Shown: positions 1 through 8,167 of the stretch, piece after piece
Layout: every line of letters begins with the position of its first letter
How positions within the stretch are numbered: position 1 is the stretch's first letter
Source: Gemmatimonadota bacterium
GTDB lineage: Bacteria > Gemmatimonadota > Gemmatimonadetes > Gemmatimonadales > Gemmatimonadaceae
Length of the DNA stretch: 32,111 nucleotides
NCBI GenBank assembly: GCA_031398865.1
Contig: JANNOC010000372.1
Location: 1 to 32,111, forward strand
Reading direction: 5' to 3'
Program-made: the position numbers and the translations under genes
Notes under the pieces: model-generated
Databases searched by the model: none
Seen by the model: only the letters and a program-made list of their open reading frames with translations
Told to the model about the DNA's origin: nothing

Positions 1-151
1 CCATCACCTCAATGAACTTGTTGTCGTTGTAGTAGCCGCCGTCGTCAGAAAAGATACGAATGCCGTTGAAGATTTCGGCGCCCTGGCTGAACTGCAGGAA
101 GGCCTTCACATCAAAGCCCATCCATGCCACCGTGTTGGTGAATCCGCCAGT
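1..151 (-). pseudogene. Continuation of the SusC/RagA receptor frame downstream of an in-frame TAA; runs off the left edge
   Basis: The minus-strand codons just after the TAA at 152-154 stay in the same frame with no further stop. They read TGGFTNTVAWMGFDVKAFLQFSQGAEIFNGIRIFSDDGGYYNDNKFIEVM. The GGFxNT motif is the usual continuation of SusC beta-barrels. Confidence 0.8.
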
Positions 152-2695
152 TTAGTCCGGGTGCGGACTGCCGAGTATCTGCCGGTCACCGGAGTTGATG
201 TCTCCGTCGCTGTTGAGGTCCTCGTACTTCGCGTCGCCGGTTGCCGGATCCACACCAAGGAACTTGATCGCGTAAAACGCTCCAAGAGGCTGCCCCACTT
301 CCACACGGTTGATATCACGAATTCCCGTGTTGAAGGGCTGATCAAGATACAGCTTCTTCACCTTGTTATCGTTGAAAGCGATGTTGAAGTCTGAGGTCCA
401 CGAGAAGCCGTTGGTGGTTGACGGCTGCACAATCCCCGCACCGAACGTGAACTCGAAACCCCTGTTCTCGATGCTGCCGATATTCTGCAGAATTGACGTC
501 TGGCCGCTCGTGGACGTGATGGGCCGGTTCACCAGAAGGTCCTTGGTTGTCTTCACATAGCGGTCGGCAATGACGCTGAAGCGACCGCCCAGGAAGGTGA
601 GGTCGATACCGATGTCAACCTCTCGCGTGGCCTCCCAGCGCAGGTCAGGGTTGCCGAGACTGGTTTGCGCGAGCCCGGGCTCTTCGCCGACATGCGCCTT
701 CCCGAAGCGTTGGAGCGCCGGAAAATCCTGGAGGAGGGCCTGATTTCCCGTTCTGCCAAGGCTCGCCCGCAGCTTGACCCCGGCGAGGTTTTTCAGCGAC
801 TGCAGCGCAGGCTCGTCACTCAATACCCATCCGAAAGACGCCGCGGGAAACACACCGTACCGGTTGTTTTTGCCGAAGCGGGAGGACCCATCCGTGCGCA
901 CACTGGCCGTCACAAGGTAGCGGTCGAGCAGGCTGTAGTTCGCGCGGCCGAAGACGGATAGGAGATTGTCGCCCGTCCACCCGCCGTCATACACGGTCAC
1001 CTTCGCCGCGTTGCCGACATACCGGAACTCCTCGTTGCCGAAGCCCTCGCCCTGGATGTAGTCGATCTCCGTGCCGTTCCACTCGACACTGCTCCCGCCG
1101 ACGACCGAGAGCGTGTGCATGTCGTTTGACGGGAGGTCGTAGGTGGCGAAGCCCTCGACCAGGTAACGATTGGACGTGGAGTTGCCTTGCGTCGCAACGC
1201 CGGCCTGTCCCGCGGCGTACGTCCCGATGACTCGCGGCGAATCCCAGCGCAGGTCGCGCAGGTTGAGCACATCGGCGCCCAGCTTTCCGTTGAGCTTCCA
1301 GCTGGGACCGAAGTTGTAGATCGCCTCGATGTTTCCGTACGACCGAAACACGCGTGATTCGACAGAGTTGAATTCGTTGAGCGCCAGCGGGTTGGTGTAC
1401 TCGAGGCCTTGTGTCGGACTCGTGTAGCTGCCGTCAGGCTGTCGTACCGGGAAATACGGCTGCACCGCGATCGCGTTGCCCACGGAGGCGTTGATCGAGT
1501 TGTCATTCTCCACGCGGTCGTGATCCTCGCGTGACACGCTCAGCGAGCTCCTGAACGAGAGGCGGTCGTTGGCGATGAAGTCCAGATTCACGCGGCCGGA
1601 TTCGCGATTGTAGCCCGAGCCGGTGACCAACCCCTGCTGGTCGAAGAACGATCCGTTCGCGAAGTACTGGATACGATCGTTGCCGCCCGTCGCGTTGAGC
1701 GTGATGTTGCGGATCGGCGCATTGCGGAAGATCTCGTCCTGCCAGTCGGTGTCGACCGAGTCATCCACGCCGACGACGCCAAAGTAGTCGTCGCCATAGC
1801 CGGATTCAGCCGCGGCTTCGTTCATGTATTCCAGATACTGCGTGGCGTTTAGCACGGGCCACTTCCTCTCGACGCTCTGCATACCGGTATAGGTATTGAA
1901 GCTCACCTTGCTGCCACCGGTACGGCCGCGCTTGGTCGTGATCATCACGACTCCATTCGAGCCGCGTGAGCCGTAGATGGAGGCCGCCGCGGCATCCTTC
2001 AGCACCGTGATGGATTCGACTTCATCAGGATTGAGGCCCGTCACGCCGGTGACGTCCTGTCCGCCCACGTCAAGCTGCGAGTTATCCTCGCGAATGAGCG
2101 GCACGCCGTCCACGACGTACAGCGGCTGATTGCTCGCGGACAACGATGCGGAGCCGCGCACGCGGACGGTAATTCCCGCGCCGGGATTCCCAGCGTTGTG
2201 CGTGACCTGCACGCCTGCGGCGCGCCCCTGTAGTGCCCCGTCGATCCCTGCGTCGGGCGAATTCTCGATCTCAGTGCCCTGCACAGTCGTGACGGAGTTG
2301 CTGATGCTGGCGCGGGAACTCGTTCCGTAACCAGTGACCACGATCTCTGTGAGGCTGCGCGGGGCTTCAACCAACGCAAAGTTCACTTCCGCCTGCTGGC
2401 CCTCGCTGAGCGTCACACTCCGGCTCACCGGTTGGAAGCCGAGGCGCTGCGTGCGCAAGGTGACGGATCCCGCCGGGATATTGCGCAGCGAATAGGTGCC
2501 CGCGTCGTCAGTCACCGTACCGCGCGTGGTTCCGGCAACCGAGACACTCGCGCCGACGATGGGGCGCCTGCTCACGGAATCCACCACCGTTCCGCTTACT
2601 GCTGCCCTGACTTGCGCCATCGCCGGCCGCGGCGCTGTCACCAGCGAGGCGAAGGCGATGGTTGCCATGCTCCACTCGAACAAGCGTCGTCTCAT
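152..2695 (-). CDS. SusC/RagA-family TonB-dependent outer-membrane receptor, ending prematurely at TAA 152-154
   Basis: ATG at 2695 follows GGAGG (ggaggtaccATG). The signal peptide is MRRRLFEWSMATIAFASLVTAPRPAMAQ. A CarboxypepD_reg-like domain follows (VSGTVVDSVSRRPIVGASVSV...YSLRNIP), then a plug domain (EIVVTGYGT, ITVLKDAAAASIYGSRGSNGVVMITTKRG), then the barrel. I trimmed the track ORF start at 2806. Confidence 0.9.
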   Translation of the reverse strand: MRRRLFEWSMATIAFASLVTAPRPAMAQVRAAVSGTVVDSVSRRPIVGASVSVAGTTRGTVTDDAGTYSLRNIPAGSVTLRTQRLGFQPVSRSVTLSEGQQAEVNFALVEAPRSLTEIVVTGYGTSSRASISNSVTTVQGTEIENSPDAGIDGALQGRAAGVQVTHNAGNPGAGITVRVRGSASLSASNQPLYVVDGVPLIREDNSQLDVGGQDVTGVTGLNPDEVESITVLKDAAAASIYGSRGSNGVVMITTKRGRTGGSKVSFNTYTGMQSVERKWPVLNATQYLEYMNEAAAESGYGDDYFGVVGVDDSVDTDWQDEIFRNAPIRNITLNATGGNDRIQYFANGSFFDQQGLVTGSGYNRESGRVNLDFIANDRLSFRSSLSVSREDHDRVENDNSINASVGNAIAVQPYFPVRQPDGSYTSPTQGLEYTNPLALNEFNSVESRVFRSYGNIEAIYNFGPSWKLNGKLGADVLNLRDLRWDSPRVIGTYAAGQAGVATQGNSTSNRYLVEGFATYDLPSNDMHTLSVVGGSSVEWNGTEIDYIQGEGFGNEEFRYVGNAAKVTVYDGGWTGDNLLSVFGRANYSLLDRYLVTASVRTDGSSRFGKNNRYGVFPAASFGWVLSDEPALQSLKNLAGVKLRASLGRTGNQALLQDFPALQRFGKAHVGEEPGLAQTSLGNPDLRWEATREVDIGIDLTFLGGRFSVIADRYVKTTKDLLVNRPITSTSGQTSILQNIGSIENRGFEFTFGAGIVQPSTTNGFSWTSDFNIAFNDNKVKKLYLDQPFNTGIRDINRVEVGQPLGAFYAIKFLGVDPATGDAKYEDLNSDGDINSGDRQILGSPHPD

Positions 2696-2777
2696 GGTAC
2701 CTCCAGTCGGGTGCGACCCGGACGCGGAAATGAGAGGCGGCCACGGGGGAAGGGCGGGCCGCCGATAGTATCCCCCC

Positions 2778-2806
2778 ACTATGCGGCCGAGAACCCGAAC
2801 GGTCAA
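2778..2806 (-). promoter_or_regulatory. Candidate sigma70-type promoter for the SusC-like gene
   Basis: The minus strand reads TTGACC, 17 nt, CATAGT in an AT-richer patch about 85 nt upstream of ATG 2695. This is motif matching only. Confidence 0.3.
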
Positions 2807-3257
2807 GAAGAATATGAGTTGTGTTTCGCGCTGCCATGCAGTGCCTCGTGCAGCATCAAGCTGGCGACGACGGTGGGCGGTCGCCGGACGCCGGAAGATC
2901 CGCTACGGCATGCAGCGTGTCCGAGGCGCACGGTCGAACCATCCCCCACGACCCGCTGGCGCATCGATCGACGATAGCCCTAGCACTCGTAAGGCCAATA
3001 GGTTACATTACATGCTCGAGCAGGGACGAGGCGCATCGCGCCCTCCGGCTCGTGGAGCCGATTCCCACCGCTTGCGGACATTGGCTCACGAAGAGCCAGT
3101 TGCTGCGCCGCAGACCACAACTCTTCCGAACGTAGATGCTCGCGCCTCCTCCTCGCTCAGTCGAGGGCCGCGCGATTTCGCCGGATTCCGGTCCCGCTTT
3201 CCATGCGAGGCCGCGGCAAGCGGCTCGGCATCATGGAGAGAGACAGCAGGAATCGCG

Positions 3258-4499
3258 ATGCACATGGAAATAACGCTGGACCCGACGGATGTGTCGGTGG
3301 ACGATGCTTTCGCGGCAAACACTGGAGCCCCGGAGTCTGACGTTCTCTCGGCACCAGCTTTTCTCACCTTCGACGATTTCAGTTTCTCCCCGCCCGTTCG
3401 CGACGCCATCCGTGACGCTGGTTATACCGTCCCGACTCCGATTCAGGCGCAGGCGATCCCCCTCGCGTTGAAAGGGCGCGACATCATCGGGCTGGCGCAG
3501 ACGGGTACGGGCAAGACCGCCGCCTTCACGCTCCCGATCATCGAACAGCTCCTGGGTGGACCATCACGCGTCCGGGCTCTCATCCTGACCCCCACGCGTG
3601 AGCTTGCCGCTCAAGTGGAGGAGAGCTTCCGGAAATACGGCAAGCACTCCGATCTTCAGGTCGCTCCCATCTTCGGCGGCGTCGCGCTGGATCCGCAGGA
3701 GAAGCAGCTGCGCCGAGGAGTGGATGTCATCGTAGCGACTCCAGGACGCCTGCTGGATCATCTCGAGCGGCAAAACGTGGTTTTCGACGATCTCGAGATT
3801 TTGGTGCTCGACGAAGCGGACCGCATGCTGGACATGGGGTTCGCCCCGCAGATCAACCGCATCGTTGGTCAGGTTCCGCGCTATCGTCAGACGCTGCTCT
3901 TCAGCGCCACGATGCCTCCCGAAGTCGAGACGCTGGCTCGCAAGTATCTTCGCAAGCCGGTGGTGATCCAGGTCGGGCGCCGGTCGATGCCCGCGAACGC
4001 CGTGACCCACGCGGTGTATCCGGTGCCCCGCGAACGCAAGAGCGCGCTGCTCACGGCGCTGCTGTCCAAGCCGGATATGGACTCGGTGCTCATCTTCACG
4101 CGCACCAAGCATGGCGCGGACCGCGTGGTGCGCCATCTCGAGAAGGCGGGTATCTCCGCGACGGCGATGCACGCGGACAAGACTCAGGCGCAGCGCACGA
4201 AAGCGCTCGCGTCATTCAAGGACGGCTCGGTGAAGGTGTTGGTGGCGACGGATATCGCGCAGCGGGGACTGGATATCACCGGGATCACGCACGTCATCAA
4301 TTACGACGTGCCGCAGCAACCCGAAGACTACGTGCACCGCATCGGACGCACCGCCCGGGCGGCCGCGTCGGGTGATGCGTTCACGTTCATGTCCCCTGAC
4401 GAGATCGCCATGGTGCGCACCATCGAACGCGTCATTGGCCAGCAGATTCCGCGCATCTCGGTGCCCGGGTACGACTTCGGCACGGTGGCCGCGGACTGA
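3258..4499 (+). CDS. DEAD-box ATP-dependent RNA helicase (RhlE-like)
   Basis: Q-motif region FDDFSF...TPIQ, motif I AQTGTGKT, motif II VLDEADRMLD, SAT (FSATMP), motif VI HRIGRTARA. The first in-frame ATG before the conserved core is 3258 (MHMEITL). The track ORF from 2781 is an upstream extension. Confidence 0.9.
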   Translation: MHMEITLDPTDVSVDDAFAANTGAPESDVLSAPAFLTFDDFSFSPPVRDAIRDAGYTVPTPIQAQAIPLALKGRDIIGLAQTGTGKTAAFTLPIIEQLLGGPSRVRALILTPTRELAAQVEESFRKYGKHSDLQVAPIFGGVALDPQEKQLRRGVDVIVATPGRLLDHLERQNVVFDDLEILVLDEADRMLDMGFAPQINRIVGQVPRYRQTLLFSATMPPEVETLARKYLRKPVVIQVGRRSMPANAVTHAVYPVPRERKSALLTALLSKPDMDSVLIFTRTKHGADRVVRHLEKAGISATAMHADKTQAQRTKALASFKDGSVKVLVATDIAQRGLDITGITHVINYDVPQQPEDYVHRIGRTARAAASGDAFTFMSPDEIAMVRTIERVIGQQIPRISVPGYDFGTVAAD

Positions 4500-4514
4500 T
4501 TTCTGAGGCGCGTG

Positions 4515-4931
4515 TCAATGTCGCACGCGACCTAACCGCGACGTGAAAATCGTGTCGACCGCCCGGCTGTTGCGAACGATCACCCGGGTGTTCGCCGCGC
4601 CGTAACCCAGCCCGTTCGGCGCGTACATAACAGCCGCCCGCGTCACTTCGAGACGCACCTCGTGCAGCGCCGCGACGGGACGGTGCAGGAGGGTATCCGC
4701 GCCTGACGTGACGGTCACCGTTCCCGCCGTGTCAATGACAACGCGGGCGTACGCCGCGCGCGCGATCGCGGCGTTGCGCGCGACGCTCAGCGCCGTGACA
4801 ATGTCCGTCACCGCGCTATTCACCCGCAACGAATCCAGGACGCGCGCGGCGCGCGTCGCGGCGATGGTTGTCACAATCCCGATCAACGCGAGAACAATTG
4901 TTGTCTCGAGCAGGGTGATTCCGCGCCGCAT
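4515..4931 (-). CDS. Prepilin-type N-terminal cleavage/methylation domain protein, GspH/FimT-like pseudopilin
   Basis: AGGAGG lies 5 nt upstream of ATG 4931. The N-terminus MRRG/ITLLETTIVLALIGIV is a class III signal, with Gly at -1, Glu at +5 and a hydrophobic helix. Total length is 138 aa. Confidence 0.8.
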   Translation of the reverse strand: MRRGITLLETTIVLALIGIVTTIAATRAARVLDSLRVNSAVTDIVTALSVARNAAIARAAYARVVIDTAGTVTVTSGADTLLHRPVAALHEVRLEVTRAAVMYAPNGLGYGAANTRVIVRNSRAVDTIFTSRLGRVRH

Positions 4932-5134
4932 CTTCCTCCTGTCGGGCGACGCGCGATATTTGCGTACGTGTGAGCCGCTCGCCGGCACCATCTCGACGCA
5001 CGTGGCATTCGTTTCGCGCGTCGCCCACGCTCCGGGCATCGCGGCGCCGACCGCGCGGCGGCGAGTCGAAGCGGATCCTGTTGGTCTCAACGCACTCGAT
5101 GCGGTGATCGCCGCATTCGGGAGGAGATGACAGC

Positions 5135-5419
5135 ATGCACAAGGAAGGCGAGCACACCCGAGCGCGACTCGCGTCAGTCGCCCGTGGTATTCTTCTGGTG
5201 GTCGCGCTCAGCGCGTGCGGAGGCACGGGGATCGCTCCGCAGGGGGAGGTGTCCACCGGGCAGGCGCTGATCGAACTGAGCGACGCGATCAACGCGATGC
5301 GAGATGACAACGCACTGTTGCAGGCGCAGGTGGATTCACTGCGCGTGGACATTGCGCGGCAGGACAGCGTGCTGCGGCAGGTCGCGGCGGTCGCGGGCGT
5401 CTCGATGCGAGTCCGCTGA
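5135..5419 (+). CDS. Small lipoprotein with a coiled-coil C-terminus
   Basis: GGGAGGAG lies before ATG 5135. The lipobox is LLVVALSAC. The mature part has a heptad-like pattern (LIELSDAINAMRDDNALLQAQVDSLRVDIARQDSVLRQV). Confidence 0.65.
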   Translation: MHKEGEHTRARLASVARGILLVVALSACGGTGIAPQGEVSTGQALIELSDAINAMRDDNALLQAQVDSLRVDIARQDSVLRQVAAVAGVSMRVR

Positions 5420-5441
5420 CGCGACGCGGGCGTCGAGCAGT

Positions 5442-5450
5442 TGCTATTAT
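5442..5450 (+). promoter_or_regulatory. Candidate extended -10 promoter (TGcTATTAT) for the selenoprotein-pfkA pair
   Basis: TGcTATTAT sits in the only AT-rich patch of the 55-nt gap, about 25 nt upstream of ATG 5475. AGAGGA lies between them as a Shine-Dalgarno site. Confidence 0.35.
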
Positions 5451-5474
5451 TACCGACGAAACGACAGAGGACCC

Positions 5475-5708
5475 ATGCGCATCTCGATCGAATACTGCAC
5501 TGTTTGAAACTACGAGCCCCGGGCTTCCAGTTTGGCGGCCGAGATCAGCAAACAGTATCCTAACGCGAAGGTCGAGCTCATTCCTTCGTCGCGCGGGCGG
5601 TTCGAAGTCGTGCGTGACGGCGCGGCCATTTTCGAGAAATCCAAGCTCGGCCGGCACGCCGACCCAGGCGAGGTGTTGAGAATGCTCACGACGTCCCCAG
5701 CGAAGTAG
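5475..5708 (+). CDS. SelW/Rdx-family selenoprotein, 77 aa, with in-frame UGA (Sec) at 5505-5507
   Basis: Reading through TGA 5505 gives MRISIEYCTV-U-NYEPRASSLAAEISKQYPNAKVELIPSSRGRFEVVRDGAAIFEKSKLGRHADPGEVLRMLTTSPAK, ending at TAG 5706-5708. The IEYCxxU redox motif, the GRFEV...DG..IF.K motif and the length match the Rdx (SelW/SelT/SelH) fold. The 67 codons after the TGA have no stop and mostly G/C at third positions. Confidence 0.85.
5507..5533 (+). promoter_or_regulatory. Candidate bacterial SECIS hairpin immediately 3' of the UGA
   Basis: AAACU (5507-5511) pairs with AGUUU (5529-5533). The upper stem pairs GAGCC (5514-5518) with GGCUU (5522-5526) and includes one G-U pair. There is a 2x2 internal loop and a small apical loop 14-16 nt from the UGA. 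Confidence 0.5.
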
Positions 5709-6788
5709 ATGCGAATCGCTCTGTCCACAGGCGGCGGCGATGCGCCGGGACTCAATGCCGTCATCCGTGCCGCGGTGCTCACGGCCATCAATCGGGGCTG
5801 GGAGGTGCTCGGTATCCGCAAAGGTTACGCGGGCCTTCTTGGAGACGATGAGGTCGTACCGCTTACCAAGGATTCCGTCCGCGGCATCGGACACCTCGGC
5901 GGAACGATTTTGAGGACGACGAATCGCGGCAATCCGTTCCACTACCCGCGTCTGCAGGCGGACGGTTCGTACGTCGAGGTGGATCGCTCCGACGAGATTA
6001 TCGCGAGTGCGGCGAATCTGGGGATTGACGCCATCATCTCGATCGGTGGCGACGGTTCACTGGCAATCGCGCAGCGTCTGTGTGCCAAGGGGATGAAGAT
6101 CGTGGGCGTTCCCAAAACCATCGACAACGATGTCAGTGGAACGATCACGTCGTTCGGCTTCGACACCGCGGTGAATACCGCGCTGGAAGCGATTGACAAG
6201 CTGCATACGACCGCCGAGAGCCACGACCGCGTGATTGTGCTGGAGGTCATGGGACGGGGTGCCGGCTTCATCGCTCTGCACAGCGGGCTGTCCGGGAGCG
6301 CCGACGTTATTCTCATCCCGGAGATCCCGTACGAGATCGAGAAGGTCTGCGACAAGGTCCGCGCGCGCGATCGCGTGGGCCGGCACTTCTCGATCGTTGT
6401 CGCCGCGGAAGGCGCCTATCCGAAAGGCGGCGCGGAGTCCACACTCGGGAATTCTCTCCCCGGACAGGCGAAGCGCGTTGGTGGAATCGCGGACAAGCTT
6501 GCCCGCGAGATTCAGGAGCGGACCGGCAAGGAAACGCGTTCGCTGGTGCTTGGCCACCTGCAGCGTGGCGGGATGCCCACCGGCTACGACCGCTTGCTGG
6601 CGACGCGCTTCGGCGCCGCCGCCGTGCGCGCTATCGCCGAAGAGAAGTGGGGACACATGGTCGCGCTGCAGTCGCCTCACATCGTGTACCTGCCGCTTGC
6701 CGAAGCGCTTGCGGAGCCGAAGCGCGTGGACCCCACGCACGACGTCGTCATCACCGCGCGGGCGACGGGGATTTCGTTCGGGGACTAG
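5709..6788 (+). CDS. pfkA: 6-phosphofructokinase
   Basis: Contains GGGDAPGLNA, ISIGGDGS and VPKTIDNDV, with full-length PFK-A architecture. Gly in GGDGS and Lys in PKTIDND suggest the actinobacterial-type ATP-PFK clade (inference). ATG 5709 directly abuts the upstream TAG. Confidence 0.9.
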   Translation: MRIALSTGGGDAPGLNAVIRAAVLTAINRGWEVLGIRKGYAGLLGDDEVVPLTKDSVRGIGHLGGTILRTTNRGNPFHYPRLQADGSYVEVDRSDEIIASAANLGIDAIISIGGDGSLAIAQRLCAKGMKIVGVPKTIDNDVSGTITSFGFDTAVNTALEAIDKLHTTAESHDRVIVLEVMGRGAGFIALHSGLSGSADVILIPEIPYEIEKVCDKVRARDRVGRHFSIVVAAEGAYPKGGAESTLGNSLPGQAKRVGGIADKLAREIQERTGKETRSLVLGHLQRGGMPTGYDRLLATRFGAAAVRAIAEEKWGHMVALQSPHIVYLPLAEALAEPKRVDPTHDVVITARATGISFGD

Positions 6789-6829
6789 CGGGGTGGCCGA
6801 TCCAAGTGGCGAGCGCAAGGACGCGCCGT

Positions 6830-8086
6830 TCACAGATACGACAGCCATCGCTTTTCCGGATGCCTCCGCTTGTACTCCGCATACCAGGCGCACAGCGGGT
6901 ACAGCAGCAGCGCGGTGACCACCCACCAGAAGTACACGCCCGCTAAACCGAAACCGTGATAGCCGGGCGGGTAATTGAAGACCGGCGTCTGGTACAGCCA
7001 TTCGGTCGGCTCGCCGCGCAGGTGCGCGACGCCAATGGCAAGCGCGTGCGCGAGCGGGAACTGCAGCAGATAGAAAAACAGCGGCACGCGTCCGAAGACG
7101 ATGAACGGGCGGGTGACCGCGTTGGGCTCGCGATCGAGCGCGCGCAGAAGTGCGATCGCCGGCCCCAGCGTCATGAGCAGGAAGAGCAGCGACGGAGGGT
7201 ATTTGGTGACGTTCAGGAACGACAGCACGGTAAAGACCGCGTCCTTCTGTGCAGACCAGCGCTGCGCATCACCGTAGATGTTGGTCAGGCGGATGACGAT
7301 GAAGGCGCCCGCGAGCGACAGTCCCAATCGCAGCAGTATCCGATTGCGCCGCTCTTTCTCCAGCAGCAGGATCGCGCCGAAGGCATAACCCGCCGCCATG
7401 ACGCCGATCCACGGAATCAGTGGATACAGCGTGAACCAGGTCCAGTTCGGCGCCAGCTGGATGGTGCCGGGCTGATGCAGCACCATCCACAGGGGGCGCA
7501 GCGTCCCGAACGCCGCCGGATTGATTCCATCGAGCAGGTTGTGCAACGCGATCATCGTGATGCCGAAGGCGGCGATGGCGCGCACCGGCAGGTGAATCAG
7601 CGCCGCGAGTACGATCATGGACCAGCCCAGTGCCCAGATCACCTGCGTCCACATGAATGATCGGTCGACCGTGAACGAGAGGCCCGTCTGCACGAGCGTC
7701 AACTCGAGGATGATGAGCCAGATGCCGCGCGTCACGAGAAAGCGCGAGAGCTCCGCCTTCGGCTTGCCGCGCGCTAAGGACAGGAACGCGCCTGTGCCCG
7801 AGAGAAACACGAAGACCGGGGCGCAGAAGTGCGTGATCCAGCGCGTCAGGAAGAGCGCCGGACTCGTTTGCGTCAGATCAGTGGGATCGAAGCGCGCGTC
7901 GGTGAAGTAGTCGCGTACGTGATCCAGCACCATGATCACCATGATGATGCCGCGCAGCAGGTCGACGGAGTCGAGACGACTGACGCTGCGGGTGGCGTCG
8001 CCGAGTGGAGCGGCCGTGTACGATCCGAACGGCGAGGACGGGGAGGGGGAGGGGGCGCGCGATTCAGCGGGGAGAGACGTAGCCAT
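6830..8086 (-). CDS. DUF1624 (heparan-alpha-glucosaminide N-acetyltransferase-like) polytopic membrane protein
   Basis: The motif DLLRGIIMVIMVLDHVRDYF is followed by about 10 hydrophobic helices. ATG is at 8086. Confidence 0.75.
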   Translation of the reverse strand: MATSLPAESRAPSPSPSSPFGSYTAAPLGDATRSVSRLDSVDLLRGIIMVIMVLDHVRDYFTDARFDPTDLTQTSPALFLTRWITHFCAPVFVFLSGTGAFLSLARGKPKAELSRFLVTRGIWLIILELTLVQTGLSFTVDRSFMWTQVIWALGWSMIVLAALIHLPVRAIAAFGITMIALHNLLDGINPAAFGTLRPLWMVLHQPGTIQLAPNWTWFTLYPLIPWIGVMAAGYAFGAILLLEKERRNRILLRLGLSLAGAFIVIRLTNIYGDAQRWSAQKDAVFTVLSFLNVTKYPPSLLFLLMTLGPAIALLRALDREPNAVTRPFIVFGRVPLFFYLLQFPLAHALAIGVAHLRGEPTEWLYQTPVFNYPPGYHGFGLAGVYFWWVVTALLLYPLCAWYAEYKRRHPEKRWLSYL

Positions 8087-8167
8087 GTTCGCTCCGGCGA
8101 TGGTGGCACTTCTCGACGCGCCAAGATAGGGCCGACAGGTGGATCGGGCCAGAATGTAAGTGTCTCG

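Noticed and set aside
1-420. GC content drops to about 54% at the 3' end of the SusC-like gene, which might suggest foreign DNA.
   Set aside because: Third codon positions there are still mostly G/C (AAC, AAG, TTC, TAC, GAC). The drop reflects the composition of the barrel, which is rich in Asn, Tyr, Phe, Lys and Ile, rather than a different codon usage.
2925-2955. A GGTTCGA T-loop-like sequence on the minus strand, considered as a possible tRNA.
   Set aside because: The flanking bases cannot form a T-stem or an acceptor stem.
2696-3000. A possible cobalamin or TPP riboswitch upstream of the TonB-dependent receptor.
   Set aside because: I read the minus-strand leader and found no B12-box-like sequence and no CUGAGA/ACCUGA TPP core. 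Only generic GC hairpins are present.
2821-3135. A 104-aa ORF inside the large intergenic region.
   Set aside because: It has no Shine-Dalgarno site, irregular composition, no motif and weak third-position GC bias.
4509-4529. A short hairpin (CGCGTG / CACGCG) between the convergent helicase and pseudopilin genes, considered as a terminator.
   Set aside because: The stem is only 6 bp with no U-tract, and it overlaps the pseudopilin stop codon. This is too weak to call.
5003-5017. A second sigma54-like match, TGGCAT-N5-TCGC.
   Set aside because: The -12 element is imperfect. GG-N10-GC matches are frequent in GC-rich DNA. The site also sits inside the inverted repeat that I report separately.
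8097-8112. TGGCAC on the plus strand between two minus-strand genes.
   Set aside because: The -12 position reads CG rather than GC, and the orientation is wrong for either neighbouring gene.
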